This document shows positions 22,996 through 33,900 of a DNA stretch of 64,000 nt, piece by piece. A model generated the notes under the pieces. That model was not told the DNA's origin and made no database searches. It saw nothing but the letters and a program-made list of their open reading frames with translations. Numbering within the stretch: position 1 is the stretch's first letter; each line of letters starts with the position of its first letter. The stretch comes from Blastocatellia bacterium (lineage in GTDB: Bacteria; Acidobacteriota; Blastocatellia; UBA7656). The position numbers were made by a program, and so were the translations under genes. The stretch is taken from NCBI GenBank assembly GCA_963765495.1, contig CAVXWP010000008.1:224001-288000 (forward strand), given 5' to 3'.

Positions 22996-23754
22996 ATGTT
23001 TAAGCTCATAATCAATTGCGGACCCTGCCAGGACTATATCCAAAAGTGTCTGGATTCAGTGATGTCTCAGACTATCAAAGACTGGGAGGCCTTTGTCACC
23101 ATTGACCCGTGTGGCGATATGACGTATGAGCGCGCACTCGATGCGGCAGGTTCCGAGGACCGTATCTTCATCACTCAAAACGCCGGGCGGCTATATTCGA
23201 TGGCAAATCTTGTTTACGGGATCGAGAGAAGCCATGCGCTCCCTGAGGATGTCATTGTCGTCCTCGATGGAGATGATTGGTTTCATGTAGACAATGCGCT
23301 TGAGATAATTGCCAATACTTACAAAACACATGATTGCTGGATTACTTATGGAAGCTGGATATCTAACAAACCTGATTCCATAAGTCATCGGCAATGGCCC
23401 GCCTACGAAACAGGCGAGAATGATTTTCGCAATAAGAGGTGGCTTGCGACAGCCGTGAGGACATGGAAGAAATGGCTCTGGGAGCTTGTTGACGACAGTG
23501 ACCTGAGAGATGAACAGGGGGATTACTTCCGCGTCGCCGAAGACCTGGCAGCCGTCTTTCCCATGCTTGAGATGAGCGGAACCGCGCGCGCGAGGCACAT
23601 TCCCGATGTATTGATGGTCTACAACAGGGCAAACCCACACTGCGTTGGGGACACGATGTGGATGGAATTGCGAAAAAACGACGCCTACATCCGGTCAAAG
23701 CCACCATACCTCAGGCTGAAAGAAAAACCTTCCGGCAAGACTCCACGTAGGTGA
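22996..23754 (+). CDS. GT2 family glycosyltransferase
   Basis: YIQKCLDSVMSQ, LDGDD and AEDLA motifs. Confidence 0.85.
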   Translation: MFKLIINCGPCQDYIQKCLDSVMSQTIKDWEAFVTIDPCGDMTYERALDAAGSEDRIFITQNAGRLYSMANLVYGIERSHALPEDVIVVLDGDDWFHVDNALEIIANTYKTHDCWITYGSWISNKPDSISHRQWPAYETGENDFRNKRWLATAVRTWKKWLWELVDDSDLRDEQGDYFRVAEDLAAVFPMLEMSGTARARHIPDVLMVYNRANPHCVGDTMWMELRKNDAYIRSKPPYLRLKEKPSGKTPRR

Positions 23755-24079
23755 GGTTTGCGAAGCCGAGGAAAAAAGTAATTCGTGACCGAGCTTTTCT
23801 ACAAAGTCATTTTATCTCATATTGACCTGCTGAGATCGAAGAAAACCACCGATTGCTTCACGAAATAGCTTTGCCTACTTTGTGCCTTTGCGAGAAATAG
23901 TTACTTGCGCAGACGCAAAGGCAGAGCGTGGGCAAAGATTTTCCTGAGAAAAAAATGGCCCTAAGTTAATGGTTGCATTATTACATCGAGTTGTAATAGA
24001 TATTGCGTCCAAAGATTTTCTGTGATACTCTCTGCCCGTCACATAGTTAGGCTAAATTCAGAGCTTCAGATCTTATCAT

Positions 24080-24280
24080 CTATTTTCTGAGCCAACTCGG
24101 CGCCGAATGTGATTTCCTCAGGCGTATGAGCCGGGCTGAAGAACTCACCGGGAAGGTGAGCGACAGTTCTAGCATCACTTTTCGAGCAAGCAAACTCAGG
24201 AGCAATACATTTTCAATCGGCTTTAACTCTTCTTCAACTTGTGATTTCCGGCTTATTAGCGGAAGTGATGAATAATACAT
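24080..24280 (-). CDS. Possible small hypothetical protein
   Basis: ATG with a GAGG RBS, divergent from the sigma factor; no recognisable motif. Confidence 0.3.
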   Translation of the reverse strand: MYYSSLPLISRKSQVEEELKPIENVLLLSLLARKVMLELSLTFPVSSSARLIRLRKSHSAPSWLRK

Positions 24281-24377
24281 GACCTCTCTGGGTAGTCGTC
24301 AAGATAGCAATTGATACGGCGTTTATGCATCTTGAAGATGCAGACTGCCATCACGTTTTATTTGATCGAGCAATGCA

Positions 24378-25271
24378 ATGTGGAGGACATCTATGAGTTT
24401 CCCCGGGGGCTGGTCGAAAGGCGAGTCAAATCATAATCAAGAGAGGAATGGTGACCAGACTAATTCGATTGGGTCCTGCGACCTGGATCGTTCGCGGGCC
24501 AATCGAGATGATCTGCTAAAGAAGGGTAGTAAAAGTCGGGGTTTCAACTGGGCGCGTTTCTCCTCGATTGAGGAAGGTGAGAAGTGGGGAGAGAGTGAGA
24601 TGTCCGGGTTGTTGCATTGTCTGGGTCTCGGAGAATCCGCCGCCTTTTGGATTCTGTGGCAAGGACATCAAAAATATCTCTATAGCGTTTGTTTGAGGCA
24701 GATGGGTGGCAAGCACGAGGATGCCGAAGATGCCTTGAGCATTTCGATGCTCAAGGCGCTGGATAAATTTCCTGCTTACGCGAGGAAAATTACAAATCCT
24801 CGTGGATGGCTCACTCGTCTCACCTATAACGTATGTATCGACATCCATCGAGAGCGGAGAAGGCGGACAAAGAGCAACGAAAACATTGAGGACCTGTTGC
24901 GGTGCGAGGGCGTGCCGCCGTATTGGGTTCATCGATCTCCTGAGGAAGGAATACTTCACTCCGAGTTATACGCCCAACTTTGCAGGGCTGTCGCAGACTT
25001 GCCCGCACAGCTGCGTGAGCCGTTCGTGCTGCGATTCTTTCAAGAGACATCTTATCCTGAAATCGCGGATTGCCTGAGCCTTTCAATCGAAAATGTCCGC
25101 AAGCGTATTCAAAAGGCGCGGGCAATAATCAGAGAGAAACTCGAAGCCTACCACACGAGCAAACGAGATGCTTCTGCCATATCAAATGTCAGAGGTGAAT
25201 TTGTATTTGGAGGGGCAGGGCAATTCGTATGCGACTCAACGACGAAATTTACGGCCATACGAATAGCCTGA
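24378..25271 (+). CDS. ECF-type RNA polymerase sigma factor
   Basis: DAEDAL and WLTRLTYNVCIDIHR (region 2); LP...REPFVLRFF...YPEIA...VRKRIQKAR (region 4); start uncertain. Confidence 0.88.
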   Translation: MWRTSMSFPGGWSKGESNHNQERNGDQTNSIGSCDLDRSRANRDDLLKKGSKSRGFNWARFSSIEEGEKWGESEMSGLLHCLGLGESAAFWILWQGHQKYLYSVCLRQMGGKHEDAEDALSISMLKALDKFPAYARKITNPRGWLTRLTYNVCIDIHRERRRRTKSNENIEDLLRCEGVPPYWVHRSPEEGILHSELYAQLCRAVADLPAQLREPFVLRFFQETSYPEIADCLSLSIENVRKRIQKARAIIREKLEAYHTSKRDASAISNVRGEFVFGGAGQFVCDSTTKFTAIRIA

Positions 25272-25323
25272 CGAGAATCTACTCTCTTTTCGTCAAGGGA
25301 CTGAATTTACAACAGAGAGGCAA

Positions 25324-25366
25324 TTACCAGCCCGGCATGAACAGTGCGATCCTGCCGGGCTGGTAA
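25324..25366. terminator. Hairpin between convergent genes
   Basis: 14-bp stem TTACCAGCCCGGCA/TGCCGGGCTGGTAA. Confidence 0.6.
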
Positions 25367-25459
25367 CTTGAGAACGGATTGAGTGTAAATTCTCTGTGTC
25401 AGTCTCTGTAGTCAGATTGCAAGCCACGCGCCATGTATAAACCGCTTCACAACCTGTGC

Positions 25460-25759
25460 TTAGTAGAGTTTGGGTTTGCCCTTTGTTCCCTTTTTGCCTT
25501 TAGCTCCGAGTTTGGCTTTTACTGCCAATATGGCTTTCTTGCCGCCTTTACCTTTACCGCCTTTCTTGCCGCCTTTGCCTTTACCGCCCTTACCTTTGCC
25601 CTTGCCTTTACCCTTGCCTTTACCTTTTTTCTTGCCCCCGTTTATACCGAGTGCCAGAGCAAGCGCATAAAAGAGATCCTGAGCCGTCTTCCGCTCAAGC
25701 GTCACCGTCACTACATTGCCAGACGGGACGCTCAGTTTCGGTTTGCCTTTTCCACCCAT
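25460..25759 (-). CDS. 99-aa Gly/Lys-repeat, highly basic protein
   Basis: GGAGG RBS; MGGKGKPKLSV...FYALALALGINGGKKKGKGKGKGKGKGKGGKGKGGKKGGKGKGGKK...KPKLY; synonymous codon variation within the repeats. Confidence 0.8.
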   Translation of the reverse strand: MGGKGKPKLSVPSGNVVTVTLERKTAQDLFYALALALGINGGKKKGKGKGKGKGKGKGGKGKGGKKGGKGKGGKKAILAVKAKLGAKGKKGTKGKPKLY

Positions 25760-25809
25760 TCTACACCTCCAAACGGAGTCGGATTTTGCTATATCTGTCG
25801 TACAAGAAT

Positions 25810-25837
25810 AAGACGCTTTCAAAGGTTCATCTGTGAA
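25810..25837 (-). promoter_or_regulatory. Putative ECF promoter upstream of the GK protein
   Basis: TTCACAGAT-N13-CGTCTT; motif shared with 38400 and 49381. Confidence 0.6.
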
Positions 25838-25923
25838 TCTTTCGTAAACAAAGGGGCAAAGTGGCAATGGTTTTCGATTCTCTCATGCCCATTTCTCCAT
25901 TCGAATCTATCTGATTCACCCAT

Positions 25924-28050
25924 ATGGTTGAGTTGATCTTGGAGGCAGTGATGAAACAGGCCCGTGGCAAGCGCTACAATAATATTCCCGATCATTTGCT
26001 TGGCATAATTCGTGACGAATTTGGGGATGACAAAGAGGTGTTTATTCTATTCGATGAATTTTTTTGTTATCAGGATTATAACCGTGATTTCGCGCGGAGA
26101 CTGGTGGATACCGCAAGATCAGGTTCGAAGGGATCGTGGGCAATCAGATCGCTCGCTATATTGATGCTCGAGCATCAGATTCTGAAGCGGACAGTCGGTG
26201 ATTCGACCGAGTACGCTTTTCTCTTTGACCTTCTGGGTATAAGGCTGGAAGATCAGGCATTTGAGAAGGTTCTGAGGGAAGGCTACACGACAACCGATAT
26301 GCCAGGGTTTACGGAAGAGTTCAGACGCAGGCTTGCGCGTCTCAGTCGTATTCACCTTCTAATAAAGGGAGAATCAACATCTGAATCTGGTTTACGCGAC
26401 TTTATATACGCTGCCAGACGAACCTGTAAACTTACTCTTGCTCGTTACCTGTGGCTGCCGGATGAGGTGGTCGAGAAAATATTCGACCAGACAAGACGGT
26501 CCAAGGGCGTAAAGGATATGACCCCTCTCGATCATCCCTACATGAAGGATGAATCCGAGCAAGCGCTAGCCGGACTGCCCGATTTCGAAGCCGAGATCAT
26601 ATGCAGGATTCGAGACGAATCGCAGGTTTACTGGGTCGGGGATTCGACCAGCGCGGAAATAAATTCGCTTGTGGAATACCCGCTTCATACTGTTGTTCTA
26701 GTGATAAAGCCACCGGGCAGCAATATTGAATTCGAGATAAAGCGAGCGGGCAATAGAGGCGGACACCTGCTGGATATCATCTTTGAAAAGGGTGGCATAA
26801 TGGTCCCGCCTCCGCACAGGCTTCACGGCGGGAGCATGGGGCATATGTTGAGATGGGAGGCAGGTGCCGGCTCGATTCTGTCGAGAATATTTCGCCTTGT
26901 TCATGGAGACGAGGCCCCGGTCTGCCGGACCATCTCAATCTCATCCGTCTACTCGGTGCCTACATCGGGTGATGAACAACACGTGCTCCAATATTTCACC
27001 GAGCGCGATAGTTTTGGAGCAGGCTTCGACCGTATGCGATCGGCGATGCGGGATTCTTTAGAGGCTTTCAACGAGGACTGGGGAGCCGGGTCGCCTATGC
27101 TGCCCGGAGAGCTTGGATTGACGGCTCAGTTTCTGACTCAGGTCGCACCTTGCCAGTCCATAATTGTGGGAACAAGCTCCTTCAGATTGCACAGGTTAAT
27201 TGAATATCTTTCCCCGAGAGGCGCTGACATCTATTTTCATGACGGGCTTGATGTCCGTTACACAGATCAGCAGGCCAGGCAGTTTGTAGATGAGATTCTG
27301 GATGAGGTCCTGGGTATTTACACCCCGCCCGACACCGAGTACCAGAATCACGAACAATATGTGAGGGCGGCTTTTCGTGTGGCTGAGAACCGCGACCGGG
27401 CTGACCGGAATTACATCTCATTGATGCGGCAGATGGGAGAGTTCTGGGGCACATTGCTGGGTGTCAGGGGATTTTCGGATGGAGAATCTTTCGTGGTCCG
27501 AAATGTTGGTCTCAGATCTGTTTGGGTCAAAGGCAACTGGGAAGTAAGACTTATCTTCATGGATAATGATCTGTTGAATATTATCGGGAAACGATATAAG
27601 AATTTTCATCCGATGGAGGCCCTGTTTGGGATGAGAAAAGATTTCACGCATATATTCGGCGGAAAGATCGGCGACAATACGCTCAGGGGCAGCACGGGCG
27701 CTCTTGAAAAGATTTATCAGCCTGACAAGAAGCTCATCAAGAAGGGGAATAGGGCGATTCGAAAGGCGATGGTAAAGGCATATCGGATAACTCGCGCCGC
27801 ACTTCATGAAAAAGAAGAATTGCGGGGCCTGTTCTATCGCCCCTTCCTCGACAGGATTGACGACTGGGATGATTGCGTAGCGGGTTTCCTCAGAGCCGCA
27901 GGGGATGAGGCCAGAGTCGGAATCTGGAGAGAGAATTTAGAAAGGATTCTGGAAAATAAAGGTTATGAAAAAGCTCTGATACGAGAGCATGTGAAGGGAA
28001 TTGAGAAGTTTTCAAGCCTGCTCGAATCGCTATCGTTTCTATATCTATAG
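25924..28050 (+). CDS. Large hypothetical protein, possibly with an atypical kinase-like fold
   Basis: 708-aa open frame; FEIKRAG, DGESFVVRNVGL and LIFMDND spaced like kinase Lys, catalytic-loop and DFG elements (inference). Confidence 0.7.
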   Translation: MVELILEAVMKQARGKRYNNIPDHLLGIIRDEFGDDKEVFILFDEFFCYQDYNRDFARRLVDTARSGSKGSWAIRSLAILMLEHQILKRTVGDSTEYAFLFDLLGIRLEDQAFEKVLREGYTTTDMPGFTEEFRRRLARLSRIHLLIKGESTSESGLRDFIYAARRTCKLTLARYLWLPDEVVEKIFDQTRRSKGVKDMTPLDHPYMKDESEQALAGLPDFEAEIICRIRDESQVYWVGDSTSAEINSLVEYPLHTVVLVIKPPGSNIEFEIKRAGNRGGHLLDIIFEKGGIMVPPPHRLHGGSMGHMLRWEAGAGSILSRIFRLVHGDEAPVCRTISISSVYSVPTSGDEQHVLQYFTERDSFGAGFDRMRSAMRDSLEAFNEDWGAGSPMLPGELGLTAQFLTQVAPCQSIIVGTSSFRLHRLIEYLSPRGADIYFHDGLDVRYTDQQARQFVDEILDEVLGIYTPPDTEYQNHEQYVRAAFRVAENRDRADRNYISLMRQMGEFWGTLLGVRGFSDGESFVVRNVGLRSVWVKGNWEVRLIFMDNDLLNIIGKRYKNFHPMEALFGMRKDFTHIFGGKIGDNTLRGSTGALEKIYQPDKKLIKKGNRAIRKAMVKAYRITRAALHEKEELRGLFYRPFLDRIDDWDDCVAGFLRAAGDEARVGIWRENLERILENKGYEKALIREHVKGIEKFSSLLESLSFLYL

Positions 28051-28134
28051 CTGCTTGCAATCGGGTATAAATGTAGGAGCCCTTCCGCTCTCTTGCGGAA
28101 TGATTTAGAAATTTGTTTTATCCATCGGCACCAA

Positions 28135-28848
28135 TCAAAGATACCGTTTCTTCAACTGTTCATAGATACAGTCAGGGTGATAAGTCGAGTCTTTGTCCTG
28201 TCCGTTGCGCCTCCACATCTCATTCCATAGATGCAGCGCATAAGTCGTCTCGCCAAATAAACAGACAGCTTTCGGGTCCAGGACTTTTTGCCACTCGGCG
28301 TATCCAACCGGGCAAAAGACTTCCGGCGGCTTTATGAAATGCTCAAGCGAATATTTCTTGACAGCCTCGGCCACAAGCTTCGGGCCAACCTCTCCCCAGA
28401 CCAGTTCATCGGGGTTCTTTTCAACACACCTCTGCCAGGCGTAGTCCATCACTCCACTCCTACGGGGAGCTTTGATATAGCCCGAGGATGTGAAGACTTT
28501 TCCCTGAGCAGGCTCGGATGAAAAAACGTGCTCTTCTTTGAAATCAAAATGTTTCAGGCAAACGGCATCCATGTCTACCCACCAGCCGCCGCGCTCAAAC
28601 AAAAGCTTATACCTGAAAAAGTTTGAAAAGGCCGAATAACTCTTCTGGTCCCTGTATTGAAAGATCATCGAAGCAGGCAGGATTTCGTTTCCGTCTTTGA
28701 CAAGCGCGCCCGTCGGTACAGACTCCACTTCGTCATAAGCGTAGAGATGAAACTCGTGATTATTTTTCAGGTAAGACGAGATCGTAAGCCGCTCCATCGT
28801 TGTGAGATTCGAGCCAATCCAGAGTCCCTGAATAATCTTATTTGTCAT
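28135..28848 (-). CDS. GT32-like DXD glycosyltransferase
   Basis: IQGLWIG, FSNFFRYKLL...GGWWVDMD, GP and HLWN motifs. Confidence 0.85.
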   Translation of the reverse strand: MTNKIIQGLWIGSNLTTMERLTISSYLKNNHEFHLYAYDEVESVPTGALVKDGNEILPASMIFQYRDQKSYSAFSNFFRYKLLFERGGWWVDMDAVCLKHFDFKEEHVFSSEPAQGKVFTSSGYIKAPRRSGVMDYAWQRCVEKNPDELVWGEVGPKLVAEAVKKYSLEHFIKPPEVFCPVGYAEWQKVLDPKAVCLFGETTYALHLWNEMWRRNGQDKDSTYHPDCIYEQLKKRYL

Positions 28849-28868
28849 TGAACGCTTTGAGCAGCCGG

Positions 28869-30824
28869 TTATTTTACCTCGCCAGGTTTGGCCTCTATGA
28901 CCGTTACAGCCTGCACCTGTGTGTAATTCATTTCTCTGGAAAAGCATGCAAGGTGTACGTAATAGATTCCCGGCATCGGGGGAGTAAATTCGATTGCGTA
29001 GACGCCTCCGCCGACGTGTTCGGCCGATTGGCGGGTCTGCCAGACACCGGGGGCGAATATCAAGGCGTTCAGGTCTTTCAACTCGTCTACGGGTTTGCTC
29101 GTACGAGGGTCGGTCAGCTTGAATGTCAGCCGCACCTTTTCTAGAGACTTCCCGATTGCAGACAGGTTTAGCGGCTCGATATTCGGCGGCGGATTCTCGT
29201 TGCGGGATAATTCCGGGTTTGGCGCTACGGTGAAGTCGAAGCAGTTGATGATTCGGGGACTGCTCATGAAGAAAGCTACCTGATAATTGCCTGCTCGTCT
29301 CAGACGTATCTCGGTTTGATAAAGACCCGGAGCGCGCTCCCGGAGGCTCCGATCAACTATGAGCACGGCGCGAGGTTGACGACCATAGTTGCTGAAATTC
29401 CCCATCGGCGCGGCCATGCCTTCACGGTAATAATAGATCATCTTATCGGCAGGATTAGCCACGAGGACTGCATTCTCGCCTGCCGCCTGAACTATGGCAT
29501 CGGCAGGAGATGGCCTAACGGTCTTGCCCAGAGGTGCCTGCCCGCCGGGGAAATCGACTACGGGAACAGCCGCTCCTTCCTTTCCAATCTGAGAGAGCGG
29601 AATCATAAGTATCGATTCACTTGAGCGAAGACGCAGGTAAGCAAGCTCGGTCGAGAAGGCGACCTGATCGGGGCCATCTGCTATGTCAGCGGTCTGAATC
29701 ACTCGGTTGAGCGAAGCATCAAGGATATGTATCAGGTTTTTCTCGGGATTGACGACGAATCCCAGCCTTCCGCCCGGCGCAAATCTGATCTGCCCGAGCC
29801 CTGGTTCGGCCTTCATTCGAGTGATTTCCCTGTGAAGCTTTTCATCTATTACGACAATCGTCCCTTCGGTATCGTCTGTCACATAGACTGCGCGGGCGAG
29901 ATTTGAATAGGAGATGGACTGGGGGCTTGTGCCCGTCTTTATGTCCGCTATTTTCTTAAGGGTTCGGATGTCGATAACGGATACGGTTCCCGCCTTGCGG
30001 TTGGTGACAAAGGCGAAGCGACTGTCCTCGCTGAATGCTATTTGATGGCTACCGCCCCCCGTTGAAATGCGCGCGGCTATGGTGAGTTTTTGACTGTCAA
30101 TTACGGTGACGCCCGAATCCTTTGCGTTGCTATCGGATTGATAACCAGCCCAGAGGTAAGCCTCATCGGGCTGGAAGGCCAATCGACCGGGCCTCGGCCC
30201 CGCTTCGATTGTGGATGTCACCTGCCATGTGACCGTATCAATTATGGCAACCTGATTCGAATCGGGAGTCGAAACAAAGAGGCGGTTCTGGTCCGAGGTC
30301 AAGGCCCAATCCTCGGCGGGGCTCTTGAGCGGAACAAGCGCAAGCAACTTGGTCCCGCCAAACCCGAAGAGCGGGTCTACGACCGTAATCGTTGAGTCCT
30401 CGTTCATGGCCAGAACGTAATATACATTCAGGTCATGTTCGGCCTGTCCCATCAAGCCTCCCCCAACAAATAACTCAACCTTTCCTTTACATTCGCCCGG
30501 ATCGGTCTTTGCGCCATCGGGCGTCCTGTCCATCCACGCGGCCGGGTTGGCCTTGTTGACAGGCGCTCCCGTCTGCTCATCAGTAATTTTGAAACTGACA
30601 AGCGTGTCATCGTCTTCTCGGAATTCGGCTCTCTTATCTTTGGTCGGGCTGTGATGTTCTATGGTCAGTTCGATGTTCAACCCTTCGCGGACAATATTTC
30701 GCTTGTAGGGATAAGATTGAGCGGTTGATGTCTCTTTTGCTTCGCCGGATTGTTGGCCGTAGCAGGGAAGAACGCCGATTGAGATCAGGATGGCGCAAAG
30801 CGCAAATTTGATGAAGATTTTCAT
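28869..30824 (-). CDS. Secreted YncE/cytochrome d1-like beta-propeller protein with Ig-like ends
   Basis: Signal peptide; repeated FVTN...GTVSVID blades; directly downstream of the MCO. Confidence 0.8.
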   Translation of the reverse strand: MKIFIKFALCAILISIGVLPCYGQQSGEAKETSTAQSYPYKRNIVREGLNIELTIEHHSPTKDKRAEFREDDDTLVSFKITDEQTGAPVNKANPAAWMDRTPDGAKTDPGECKGKVELFVGGGLMGQAEHDLNVYYVLAMNEDSTITVVDPLFGFGGTKLLALVPLKSPAEDWALTSDQNRLFVSTPDSNQVAIIDTVTWQVTSTIEAGPRPGRLAFQPDEAYLWAGYQSDSNAKDSGVTVIDSQKLTIAARISTGGGSHQIAFSEDSRFAFVTNRKAGTVSVIDIRTLKKIADIKTGTSPQSISYSNLARAVYVTDDTEGTIVVIDEKLHREITRMKAEPGLGQIRFAPGGRLGFVVNPEKNLIHILDASLNRVIQTADIADGPDQVAFSTELAYLRLRSSESILMIPLSQIGKEGAAVPVVDFPGGQAPLGKTVRPSPADAIVQAAGENAVLVANPADKMIYYYREGMAAPMGNFSNYGRQPRAVLIVDRSLRERAPGLYQTEIRLRRAGNYQVAFFMSSPRIINCFDFTVAPNPELSRNENPPPNIEPLNLSAIGKSLEKVRLTFKLTDPRTSKPVDELKDLNALIFAPGVWQTRQSAEHVGGGVYAIEFTPPMPGIYYVHLACFSREMNYTQVQAVTVIEAKPGEVK

Positions 30825-30858
30825 ATTGAAACTCGATGCCTCGCCAGTTCGTCAAAAC

Positions 30859-30890
30859 GGGCCGGAGAGAAATCACAGTCTCTCCGGCCC
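30859..30890. terminator. Intergenic hairpin after the MCO
   Basis: 12-bp stem GGGCCGGAGAGA/TCTCTCCGGCCC. Confidence 0.55.
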
Positions 30891-30921
30891 AAGATTAAGC
30901 CAGGGTAAAACCGTTTGCAAG

Positions 30922-33900
30922 TTACTGCTCTCTGATCACCCTCGGTTTTGGCTTAAATCTGAAGATCTCATCTGACGGGAGGACCGGAACCACAGCCGGA
31001 GCCGGGTTGAGATCGAATATCCTCTGAATAAAGGCGGTAGCCACAACCGAGCCGCCTTGTGAAGAGACCGCTGTGATCGGCGCGGCGATGTTTGTCCCCG
31101 TAAACGACCACATCCCGGTCATCCTGTCAACTTTGGCTGTTCCAAGCACCGGGCCATCAGGTCCAGTGCCGCTATGAATGGTGACCTCTTCGGCCATCTG
31201 CCCGTTGTCGGGATTGACTGTGTTGACTCCTGTGATGACGACCTTTCCGGCAAGAGGTCCGAAACTCGTCATCGTGACTATATCCTTACCCGGCTCGCCT
31301 ACTCTGAGCACTCCCCAGAGGCCGAACATGAAATCGGTTCCGATAAATGTGCGATAGAGATAATCGCCCGGAACGCCCTTTTCACCCCCGGCCTTTTTCG
31401 CTACGAGATCCCATGAGACGTTCGGTCCGAAACTGTCGCGCGCTCCGAAGTTTTGCGATTTCGGGTTGTCGCCTATCACGGTAGAGTTGTTCTTGTAGGG
31501 TTCCTCCTGCCACACGTGGCCGTGTAGGGTATAGACCTGTTCGTTCAGTCCTGCCGGATGCAGGAGTCTCATCCGAATCGGCATCCCGGCAGAGGCTGCA
31601 AAAACAGGCGTCTGCGGGTCGGCCAATACCAGCGTGTTCGAAAGCGCCCTTGAGATTCCAAGCGGCGCGTTGCTGTTGCTGCTCGCCAGCCAGTCGTTCT
31701 TGGCAAAACGGTAACCAAGCGGCTCGGTTCTGTAATTGAGCGCCTGGGTCCAGTTGGAGGGAACCGGAGTCGTTGTGCCCGGATTTACCGGCCCTGAACC
31801 GCTTATTTGAAATACCCCGGCCATGTTTTGCTTATGAACCGTGCATTCGAAGTTTAGCGAGATCAGAGAGGGCGGAATATCGCCTCGAACCTTCAGCGTC
31901 GCAAGCGTAGTCCCGGGACCTGCTCCATCCGTCCCCCATGCATTCGGACCGATTGAGGGTTGAGGCTTGAAATTGCTTGCCGAACTGCCAAAATTGAATA
32001 CGGCTTCCGACTGGGCCTTATCGAGGAAGGTTATGCCGTGAGTCCCCGATTTGACACCGAATACAATCGTGTCGCCGGGCTTTATCGGAATTGTACTGTT
32101 GTTATCGAGAGGCGTTCCGTTCAACTCCCACTTGACCTGCCCGCTCACTACGGCTCCGTCTATCTGTAGTGTTGCGCCCCCGTCATCAAGCTGGAATACA
32201 CCGGCCATGTTCTGCTTGTGAACCGTGCACTCGAAGTTAACGGATGTCAGTCCGGCAGGAAGATTCGATTTCACAAACAGCGTGGCCAGTGTTGTGCCCG
32301 CAGGGTTGCCGTCCGTACCCCACGCATTCGGACCTATAGATGGCTGATCCTTGAAGGGCTGGCCCGGTGTTGAAAAATCAAAGACCTTCATCGCGTCGGC
32401 TTTGTTGAGGAATGTGATGCCGTGAGTCCCCGACTGCACCGCGAAGGTTATCTTATCCCCCGGCTTGATCGTGATCTTGCTGTTGTTTGGAAGAGCCGTC
32501 CCGTTCAATACCCAGTTGAGTTGACCGTTGGCGGCTGCGCCGTCAATCTGGAGCGCCTGTTCCGCTTCGCCTATTTGGAATACCCCGGCCATGTTCTGCT
32601 TGTGGACGGTGCATTCGAAATTGAGCGATGTCAGACTGGCAGGGATGTCGCTCCGAACCTTCAGTGTCGCAAGCGTAGTGCCCGCCGGATTTCCTGCTGT
32701 TCCCCAGGCGTTCGGACCTATCGTGGGTTGCGCCACAAAGGGCTGGCCCGGTGTTGAGAAATCAAAGACCTTCTCGGCATCTGCTTTGTTGAGGAATGTG
32801 ATGCCGTGAGTCCCCGATTGCACCGCAAAGGTTATCGTATCGCCCGGTTGAATCTTGATCGTGCTGTTGTTTGATAAGGTAGTCCCATTCAGCACCCAGT
32901 TGACCGAACCGTTTGCCGCCGCCCCGTCAATCTGTAAAGTATTCCCGGTCGGAGTCGTGCCCCCGCCCGTCTGAACTGGCGGCTTGGCCGGGGAATAGAA
33001 GGCAAGCGATGCCACGTCGTCCTGTACTATTGTGACAAATTCGCGGAACTTGCTTCCGTCCGGAAGCTTTACCGTGGCCGATGCCCGCGAGTTCTCATCC
33101 GTCTGCCAGGTTGAACCGACCGGCTCGACTATCAACGATCCGATCAGCCCGAACGGGTGCTGCATCAACGGGTCCGAAGGCGTCAGGTTTACCGAGCCAA
33201 ACTCGACCGGCACATAACGGGTTCCGCCTGTCTCGCCGTCTGTCTCTACTTTTCCGGCAAACCACGTGTAGGTTTTTTGCTGACCCGGGCTTTGCCGTGT
33301 TGGATGGATTCAGCCCTGCGTTTACTCCATTGCTTTCGGTAATGTCGAATCCAACGAGAGTTGGATGCAGTCCGACTTCGTGTGATGTGTTAAGCGTGAT
33401 TCCACAAGAGACGCCCAAGGTGGTCGAGTTTGTCTGATAGATCGTGTACTGCTGCCCCGTGCTGTTGACCGTTATAGTCCAGCCCTGATTGTTTGGGCTC
33501 TTGGCGACCTGGGTGAGTCCGGGGTTATCGGGCAGCTTGAACCCGTAGGGATTCTGGTTAAACAATTCCTGGAACCCGGCATAGTATGTGTTCTGGTTGA
33601 AGAAGAAGACCATCTCTTGAATATTCGAGGCCCTATCGGTAACCGTGACCGGAACGGTGAAGGGAACCGTGAGGTTTGAGCCGCCGTTGAGTGATGTTTG
33701 GTCACTTGGCAATTCATTTCTCAACGTGACAACCATACAATCGCCTGCGTTGGCTCGAAGTATAAGCGGCTCAACCGGAACATCGGCCTTTAGCTTGCCC
33801 TGTCCGTCAAGGTCGGAGCTTTGAACGTAGAGCAATGCGTTTGTGTCTACAATTTGATTCTGCCCCGGTGTGCCGGGTCGCCCTCGCCTGTTGTAAAAGA

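Noticed and set aside
25433-25936. Plus-strand Ala/Phe/Thr-rich and Pro/Leu-rich ORFs
   Set aside because: Antisense readings of the GK repeat; the minus-strand gene has the RBS and the promoter motif
33271-33280. A-AAA-AAC slippery heptamer suggesting a programmed -1 frameshift in the MCO
   Set aside because: The downstream ORF needs a +1 shift; -1 gives the wrong frame
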